From: an uncultured Candidatus Saccharibacteria bacterium
GTDB taxonomy: Bacteria; Patescibacteriota; Minisyncoccia; UBA6257; 1-14-0-10-40-38
DNA: 64,000 nucleotides
Reading direction: 5' to 3'
NCBI GenBank assembly: GCA_964543265.1
Contig: CAZIWN010000001.1
Span: forward strand, 168,644-232,643
In this document: positions 58,201 through 64,000 of the stretch, piece by piece
Position numbering within the stretch: the stretch's first letter is position 1
Layout: the number at the start of each line of letters is the position of its first letter
Translations under genes and position numbers: made by a program
Notes under the pieces: model-generated
Told to the model about the DNA's origin: nothing
Databases searched by the model: none
What the model saw: the letters and a program-made list of their open reading frames with translations, nothing else

Positions 58201-59400
58201 TTATTTTTTAAAAATTAATTTAGCCACGCCGAGAGCTGTTCCATCGAATATTTTCTGATAAATTACTGGAATTCCCGTTTTATCACTTATCATCGGACCC
58301 AATTCTTCTCTTCTCGTAACTCCCCCGTCAATAACAATAGACCTTGGTTTTATTGGTAATAATTTAACAGACTCATCAACCATTTTTACCAACTTCTCCA
58401 ATGCCTCTCTTAAAAGACTAGAATCATTTAGTGAATCTTGTATCGTTTTTCCATAAAATTCAATTTTTCCTTCAATGGCATATTCTGGTTGTTTATCACT
58501 TGCAGTAAGGGTGGTAAAAAAACCATCATATATAGAAAATTCTTCGCCAATTTCCTGCATTATAAATGTTCCGGTTCCAAAAGTAATTTTAGTAATTCCC
58601 TGTCCCTTTCCAGCAGCATAAAGACTCGCCTGCTGGTCTCCACACACAGCAACAAAAGGTAGAGAAAACCCAAGGATATCTTTCTTTAAATTTCCAAAAT
58701 TATCTTGTGATTTTTTTATATGTGGGAGAATTAATTTTGGAACTTTAAATATTTCTAAGATATTTTTATCCCAATCTAAAGTTTTAATATTAAAAAGCAA
58801 AGTTCTTGAAGCATTTGTATGGTCTGTTAAATTAGGATTGCCTTCTATTAAATTCCACATAATCCAAGTATCAACTGTTCCAAAAAATAAATTATTTTTA
58901 TCCAAAATTTCTTTAGATTCTTTTATATTCTCCAAAATCCACCAAATTTTAGTGGCAGAAAAATATGGATCTATAGACAGTCCCGTTTTTTCTCTAATTT
59001 CATCCCCAAAAACATCTTTTAGGTCATTACAAAAATCATCCGTCCTTTTATCTTCCCAAACTATTGCCGGATAAACAGGTTTACCAGTGGTTTTGTCCCA
59101 TAATATGGTCGTCTCTCTTTGATTAGTTAATCCAACTCCGACAAAAGATTCTTCTGATAAATTAGATTCTTTAACAGCCTGTTTTAAAACTTCTTTAGAC
59201 GCTTCTAGTAATTCAAAAGGATCCTGCTCAACCCAACCATTTTTTGGAAATTTTTTATCAAGTGGCCTATAAGCCTTAGATAAAACATTAAAATCATCGT
59301 CAAAAACAAACGCTTTTATTCCCGTTGTTCCAATATCTAAAACTAAGCTATGTTTTTTATTAATTGGCATAAAAAAGCTTTTCAAATACCTCTCGAGCAT
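58201..59400 (-). CDS. FGGY-family carbohydrate kinase (short glycerol kinase-like)
   Basis: LVLDIGTTGIKAF N-terminal and GGG/T C-terminal FGGY blocks; adjacent to gpsA. Confidence 0.65.
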   Translation of the reverse strand: MLERYLKSFFMPINKKHSLVLDIGTTGIKAFVFDDDFNVLSKAYRPLDKKFPKNGWVEQDPFELLEASKEVLKQAVKESNLSEESFVGVGLTNQRETTILWDKTTGKPVYPAIVWEDKRTDDFCNDLKDVFGDEIREKTGLSIDPYFSATKIWWILENIKESKEILDKNNLFFGTVDTWIMWNLIEGNPNLTDHTNASRTLLFNIKTLDWDKNILEIFKVPKLILPHIKKSQDNFGNLKKDILGFSLPFVAVCGDQQASLYAAGKGQGITKITFGTGTFIMQEIGEEFSIYDGFFTTLTASDKQPEYAIEGKIEFYGKTIQDSLNDSSLLREALEKLVKMVDESVKLLPIKPRSIVIDGGVTRREELGPMISDKTGIPVIYQKIFDGTALGVAKLIFKK

Positions 59401-60256
59401 TATTATTTTTCACAACCACCTCCTCTAATGCCAAAAGCAAACGGAATTTATGCCTTTTTTCTCCAAGCAACTCAAGAACATAAGGTAAAGACACAATTCC
59501 CTCACTTTTAATAATTTTATTAGTTTTGGCCAATTCCTCTCCCGCTTGATGATTCAAAGAGTAAGCGCTATATCCAGTAGCTATCAAATCTCCTATTCCC
59601 GCCATACTAAAAACAGTTTCTTCGTTGCCACCAAGTTCCTTAATAGCATTTCTCATCTCTCTAATCGCCCTTGCCACAATCCAACCCTTTCCATTTGCAG
59701 ACCACTTAAATCCATCTGCCATGCCAAGCATAACCGCATAAGCATTTTTAAGAACACCAGACAAAGCAACTCCTCTAATATCAGAAGAATGATCTAAAAA
59801 TAAATTCGTTCCCGCAAATAAATCCCTAACACACCTAGAAGCTTCTTCATTTTTTGAAGCAGCAACTCCAGAGCCCATAAGTCCTGCAGAAATTTCTTCT
59901 GCCAACATCGCTCCACCCAACACAACAAATTTATGACCCTTAGGCAAAAACTGCTCCAACATCTGATCAGAAGTTAATTTTAATTCCTGATTTATTCCTT
60001 TAGATAAAGAAATTACCACAGAATCACTGGCTAAATGAGGCTTTATAGTCATTAAAACTTCCTTAAGAGCCCATGACGGAGTACATAGAAAAACTAAATG
60101 AGAAATTGGTATCATCTCCTCTAAGGGTTTTAAAATCTTCACCTTGCCAGGATTCTTATCCCAAACAGAAACATTTAATCCCTTTTTTTCTAAAATATTT
60201 GCAATAGCTGAACCGATTTCTCCTGCGCCTATAACCAAAACAGATTTTTTGCTCAT
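59360..60256 (-). CDS. gpsA: NAD(P)H-dependent glycerol-3-phosphate dehydrogenase
   Basis: VIGAGEIGSAIA Rossmann motif and GpsA C-terminal blocks. Confidence 0.8.
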   Translation of the reverse strand: MSKKSVLVIGAGEIGSAIANILEKKGLNVSVWDKNPGKVKILKPLEEMIPISHLVFLCTPSWALKEVLMTIKPHLASDSVVISLSKGINQELKLTSDQMLEQFLPKGHKFVVLGGAMLAEEISAGLMGSGVAASKNEEASRCVRDLFAGTNLFLDHSSDIRGVALSGVLKNAYAVMLGMADGFKWSANGKGWIVARAIREMRNAIKELGGNEETVFSMAGIGDLIATGYSAYSLNHQAGEELAKTNKIIKSEGIVSLPYVLELLGEKRHKFRLLLALEEVVVKNNNAREVFEKLFYAN

Positions 60257-60371
60257 TTTCTTTTTTGGGTGTAAATTTCAATAATATATTTATATTATAC
60301 ATTTTTCTCTCCACATTTCTATTAACTTTCAAGAAATAATAAATATATTCTTATGTTAAAATAAATAAAAT

Positions 60372-61103
60372 ATGAGCATATTTAAAGGACATCATCACGT
60401 AGAAAAACACTTAAAAGGTAATATAAAATACTTGGGAGATTTAGTTTTTGGAGCCAATGATGGAATCATAACAACTTTTGCAATCATCTCTGGTTCAGCC
60501 GGAGCATCTCTTTCATCAACAATTATTATTATTTTAGGGCTTTCAAATATATTAGCCGATGGAATTTCTATGGGTTTTTCAAATTATTTAGCTCTTAGAT
60601 CTCAGAAAGATTATGAAATTCAAGAAAGAGGTAGAGAAATTTATGAAGTAGAAAATTTTCCAGAAGAAGAAAAAAAAGAAGTTAAGGCAATTTTTAAACG
60701 CTGGGGAATAACAGACGAGTCTGATCTAGAAAGACTAACAACATCTGCCACTAAAGATCATAAAAAATGGGTTGACTTAATGATGATCGAAGAATTAGGA
60801 ATTATCGAAAGCGATATACAGTTCCCATGGAAACACGGCTTTGTGACATTTTTAGCCTTCATAGCGGCGGGTTCAATGCCACTTATTCCATACTTCTTTT
60901 CAATCTCGCAATCTAATCAATTCTCAACATCTATCCTATCAACGGCGGCATCTCTATTTATTGTAGGATCTATGAGATCTTTAGTAACTAAAATTCATTG
61001 GCTGAAATCTGGCTTACAAATGTTGTTTGTGGGAAGTTTAGCTGCAGGTTCAGCCTATCTTGTTGGTTTCTTGATAAAAACAGTTTTCAATATATCTATT
61101 TAG
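60372..61103 (+). CDS. VIT1/CCC1-family iron/manganese transporter
   Basis: LGDLVFGANDGIITTFAIISGSAGA and C-terminal TM bundle. Confidence 0.7.
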   Translation: MSIFKGHHHVEKHLKGNIKYLGDLVFGANDGIITTFAIISGSAGASLSSTIIIILGLSNILADGISMGFSNYLALRSQKDYEIQERGREIYEVENFPEEEKKEVKAIFKRWGITDESDLERLTTSATKDHKKWVDLMMIEELGIIESDIQFPWKHGFVTFLAFIAAGSMPLIPYFFSISQSNQFSTSILSTAASLFIVGSMRSLVTKIHWLKSGLQMLFVGSLAAGSAYLVGFLIKTVFNISI

Positions 61104-61147
61104 TTTAATATTGAAAAATATTTTTAAAAAAGCTATAAATATAAATA

Positions 61148-61335
61148 GTCCTTCAAACCAGTTCAGGGAGAATAAGCTTGGGGAAAAGACGGGTTCGCCG
61201 CGAAGCACGAATGTCTGGCATCTGGAAGCGATTCACTTGCAGGCTGATACGGACAATCGCGTGGGCTAGGGTTCGCCCCTAACCAAGCTTCGCAAACCCC
61301 TCTCGCAGCCGAAAGACCTTCGGCTGCTTTTTTTT
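61148..61335 (+). ncRNA. Candidate structured sRNA R: closing helix AAGCUUGGGG...CCCCUAACCAAGCUU, then terminator module
   Basis: TTGAAA-17-TATAAA promoter (61112-61140); no ORF; terminator GCAGCCGAAAGACCUUCGGCUGC + U8 (61292-61335). Confidence 0.3.
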
Positions 61336-61410
61336 ACTTGAAAAATAACTAATATAATGCTAAAAAACATATAGCCCTTCAATTTCATCGCCAACCAGGA
61401 GGAATTCAAA

Positions 61411-61755
61411 TTGACCCAAAAGAAGAAAGGCGGCGAAATTAAAACAATTAAGCCGCTGATGGATCCTCTTACTGATCCCGCAACTGCAGGAATCAGAAGA
61501 CAGATTCAGGTACAGATCCGAAGGCTTCAACAAGGAGACGGCGTCGAGAAAACTGGTCCGAAACAGACCAAGCATAAGTGCGCGACACCTCGTTGCAAGG
61601 GACGCCTCGTCGAAGACATCTGCCATGAGTTCGACCCCACTTCGGGACCACCTATTATCGGTCCCGGCTCCAGATCACAGTTCAACAGAGTTTCTCGTGG
61701 CTTCTACTGCAACACCTGCGGCGTAAAATATCAGTTCCCTCCAAAGAAGAAATGA
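61411..61755 (+). CDS. GC-rich minicassette S: 114-aa basic zinc-ribbon protein (TTG start)
   Basis: RBS CAGGAGGA 7 nt before TTG 61411; C..C(x3)C and C..C pairs; flanked by duplicated terminator module. Confidence 0.4.
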   Translation: MTQKKKGGEIKTIKPLMDPLTDPATAGIRRQIQVQIRRLQQGDGVEKTGPKQTKHKCATPRCKGRLVEDICHEFDPTSGPPIIGPGSRSQFNRVSRGFYCNTCGVKYQFPPKKK

Positions 61756-61769
61756 GCTCTTGCTCATTT

Positions 61770-61812
61770 CGCAAACCCCTCTCGCAGCCGAAAGACCTTC
61801 GGCTGCTTTTTA
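61770..61812 (+). terminator. Second copy of the 45-nt terminator module CGCAAACCCCUCUCGCAGCCGAAAGACCUUCGGCUGCUUUUU
   Basis: Near-identical to 61292-61335. Confidence 0.6.
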
Positions 61813-62496
61813 ATTAATTTTTGGAATTCTTCTCGTGTCTGGATGAAATTCAAGCTCAATATCAGAATAAATTATTCTCGGATCGTGTTTCTCCTCAATT
61901 TTCAGGCCTCTTTCAATTTTTTTAATCTGTAAATTCCTTAATATTTTTTCCAAAAAGTCTCCAGTAAATCCTTTCAATGCAAATTCTAAAAATGATTTTA
62001 TTCTTGAATCTTTTTTATGAATATATCTTAAGTCGGTTTCGTAATTAACTTTATTTATTTCACCCATCCAATCCCTATTTGCTTCAAAAAAATCGGAAAT
62101 TCTTTCTTCGCTTCCAAAAACAGGGACTAAATTTCTATAAAGATTTTTCCAATACTCAAAATATGGAGGCGACAATTTATAAGATTTTTCGGTAACAAAA
62201 TGATTCAAACAAATCTTATCTTTAGCTTCCTCTTTGTGATCCATTTTTCTTCTCCTATAACCAAACACTCCAAAAACTAGAACAGCAAAAAATCTAGCTG
62301 TAAAAATCCTCCCCAACTTCACCCCCACAATACAATCAAAATCAGACGAATCTTTTACCTCCCCATAAGCCATAGATCCAGCCCCTAAAACAAAATCCAC
62401 AAACGGCACAAATCTAAATAATCTGGCCCTATAAATAAATTTATGCCATTTAGTATCATATAAAACCTCATAAAACTGTTTATCCATAAAATTCAA
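61810..62496 (-). CDS. Nucleotidyltransferase-fold (Pol-beta superfamily) protein
   Basis: GSMAYGEVKDSSDFDCIV (GS..D.D) motif. Confidence 0.45.
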   Translation of the reverse strand: MNFMDKQFYEVLYDTKWHKFIYRARLFRFVPFVDFVLGAGSMAYGEVKDSSDFDCIVGVKLGRIFTARFFAVLVFGVFGYRRRKMDHKEEAKDKICLNHFVTEKSYKLSPPYFEYWKNLYRNLVPVFGSEERISDFFEANRDWMGEINKVNYETDLRYIHKKDSRIKSFLEFALKGFTGDFLEKILRNLQIKKIERGLKIEEKHDPRIIYSDIELEFHPDTRRIPKIN

Positions 62497-62638
62497 TCAC
62501 TTTATATAAATAATTTACCAATGAAGCCCCCGCAGGCGATTTTGCTAGGTTTCCGATTTATCGGAAAAAATCGCCGAGGACTAAGTAAAATTTTTCGCGG
62601 GAAAAAATTTTACAGGCTGAAGAGATAAATTATTTTAT

Positions 62639-63694
62639 TTAACCCTCATGTTCCTCAGGTTGGCTTAATAACTCTTGCTCGATTCCCATAGCCGTACCCG
62701 TCACCCTCATAATATCTTTATCAACTTTTCCAAATTCCTTATAAGCAAAATTATATGAATTAACTGCGGTTCCCAAGTGCCCGCCCAATTTTTTCATATA
62801 GGTTTCGTAAGAAATCAGATGACGAGAAAGTTCTTCTATCCTTTTAATGATTAACTTTGCCGATTCTTCAACTTGAAGCGCCTTTAATCCCTGCAAAACT
62901 GTCTGCAAATATGCCAAAAACGTTGTTGGCGACACAATTAATACCTTTTTTTCTCCGGCATACTGGATCATATCCCTTCCGCTTTCTTTATTAGTTCCAA
63001 CCTTATTAATCAACAAATCATAATAAACCGCCTCCGCAGGAATAAACATAAAAGCAAACTCCATTGTTCCCTCTCCTGGTTTTATATATTTAGAAGTTTC
63101 ATCAATTCTGATTTTTAAATCATCTCTAAAAGCAGACTCATATTTATCCTTTTCAACTTGAGATTTTGCCTCTAATAAACGATTATAATTTTCTAAACTA
63201 AATTTAGAATCTATTGGGATTATTTTTTCTTTTACAAAAACAACTGCATCCACAATCACCCCATCTTTAAATTCATACTGCATTTTATAGCTCTGCGGCG
63301 GTAAAACGTTTTTTAAGACAGTTTCCAAATAATATTCACCCAAGATTCCCCTCTGTTTAGGATTTTTTAGAATATCTTGTAAATTTTTCAACTGGTCTGC
63401 AAAATTAACTACTTGTTTTTGTCCTTCATTAACTCGAGTTAATTCTTGGGTAATCTCCTTTATCATTCTCGAGCTTTCTCCAAATTGATTTTGAACCATT
63501 CTAGAATTTTCAGTAAGTTTTGAATCAAGTTTAGAATCTAATCTATTTGCTAATTCACTAATTTGCGATTGAAGCATTAATAATCCCTGATCGTCTTTTT
63601 GATCAGAATTATCGTTTTTTTTCAAATACAAAACAATCATCAAAACCAACCCCGCCAAAAGCAAAACAGACAGAATAATCAAAAATATCTCCAT
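62639..63694 (-). CDS. rmuC: DNA recombination protein RmuC
   Basis: N-terminal TM plus coiled coil and RmuC C-terminal nuclease-like domain. Confidence 0.8.
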   Translation of the reverse strand: MEIFLIILSVLLLAGLVLMIVLYLKKNDNSDQKDDQGLLMLQSQISELANRLDSKLDSKLTENSRMVQNQFGESSRMIKEITQELTRVNEGQKQVVNFADQLKNLQDILKNPKQRGILGEYYLETVLKNVLPPQSYKMQYEFKDGVIVDAVVFVKEKIIPIDSKFSLENYNRLLEAKSQVEKDKYESAFRDDLKIRIDETSKYIKPGEGTMEFAFMFIPAEAVYYDLLINKVGTNKESGRDMIQYAGEKKVLIVSPTTFLAYLQTVLQGLKALQVEESAKLIIKRIEELSRHLISYETYMKKLGGHLGTAVNSYNFAYKEFGKVDKDIMRVTGTAMGIEQELLSQPEEHEG

Positions 63695-63779
63695 ACATAC
63701 ATATTACTTTAAAACCCTTAAAAACAAAAAAGCGCCGTATCCGAATTGGATCGTGCGCCTTTGAAATCATTTGATGCCG

Positions 63780-64000
63780 TAACAACACAAGCAGGTGCCA
63801 CAATGGCCATGCCCCTCAAAACAAAGCCTGCATGGACGAGAACGAATGTGAAACAAGACAAGCAAATGCGCCAAGAGTTTCATTTTTCATTCCCCCTGAA
63901 AAGAATCGAAACGATTCAGATCAGCTCCTCACAGCAAGGACATCCTCCGCAATGCCTGCCCCTCTTCGGGTCACAGTCCGAACAGAAACCGAAGCCAAAA
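63780..64000 (+). other. GC-rich island at the window edge; open reading frame from ATG about 63804 (MAMPLKTKPAWTRTNV...) continues beyond the window
   Basis: Composition switch like the other minicassettes; truncated, so cannot be assessed. Confidence 0.15.

Overview
This is a 64 kb window from a very AT-rich bacterial chromosome, roughly 30% GC by eye (not computed). Genes are short and densely packed, with repeated consensus sigma70-type promoters (TTGACA-17-TATAAT) and many intrinsic terminators. The gene content looks like a reduced-genome, possibly CPR/Patescibacteria-like organism. I cannot search databases, so every family assignment rests on motifs I recognise in the translations.

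Recognisable core genes: glyA, folA, lexA, an ABC-F ATPase, an AddA-like UvrD helicase with a RecB-type nuclease domain, a DEAD-box helicase, an FKBP PPIase, a CsaA-like tRNA-binding protein, pgk, rnhA, a DHH phosphoesterase, lemA, mscL, lepA, uppP, rpmE, a CDP-alcohol phosphatidyltransferase, groES and groEL with a CIRCE-like operator, a short pyruvate kinase, acylphosphatase, bcp, a glycerol kinase-like FGGY kinase, gpsA, a csoR-copA copper operon, TspO, VIT1, RmuC, and three tRNAs (Gln-UUG, Ser-GGA, Asn-GUU). There is also an unusually large set of extracytoplasmic thiol-disulfide genes (VKOR, CcdA, DsbB, thioredoxin-like, DoxX).

The most striking feature is about 20 compositionally foreign GC-rich islands, roughly 50-58% GC, wedged into intergenic gaps. 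Each is a self-contained unit with its own host-type promoter, often a Shine-Dalgarno site, a small ORF (34-250 aa, several cysteine-rich or single-transmembrane), and its own hairpin terminator. The rest look like ORF-less structured RNAs, each closed by a 10-14 bp long-range helix and ending in a terminator.

The clearest locus lies at the 3' end of tRNA-Asn (42936-44180). A perfect 129-bp direct repeat carries a 21-bp copy of the tRNA 3' end and brackets a tandem array of three minigene cassettes. The cassettes share homologous promoter and terminator modules but have unrelated ORFs, two of them cysteine-rich.

Other notable units: three tandem structured-RNA units next to tRNA-Gln, a translationally coupled (ATGA) GC-rich two-gene operon, a leader-peptide plus Cys-rich peptide unit immediately downstream of lexA, a divergent GC-rich gene pair, and a duplicated 45-nt terminator module flanking a zinc-ribbon gene. 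There is no CRISPR array, integrase, transposase or rRNA.
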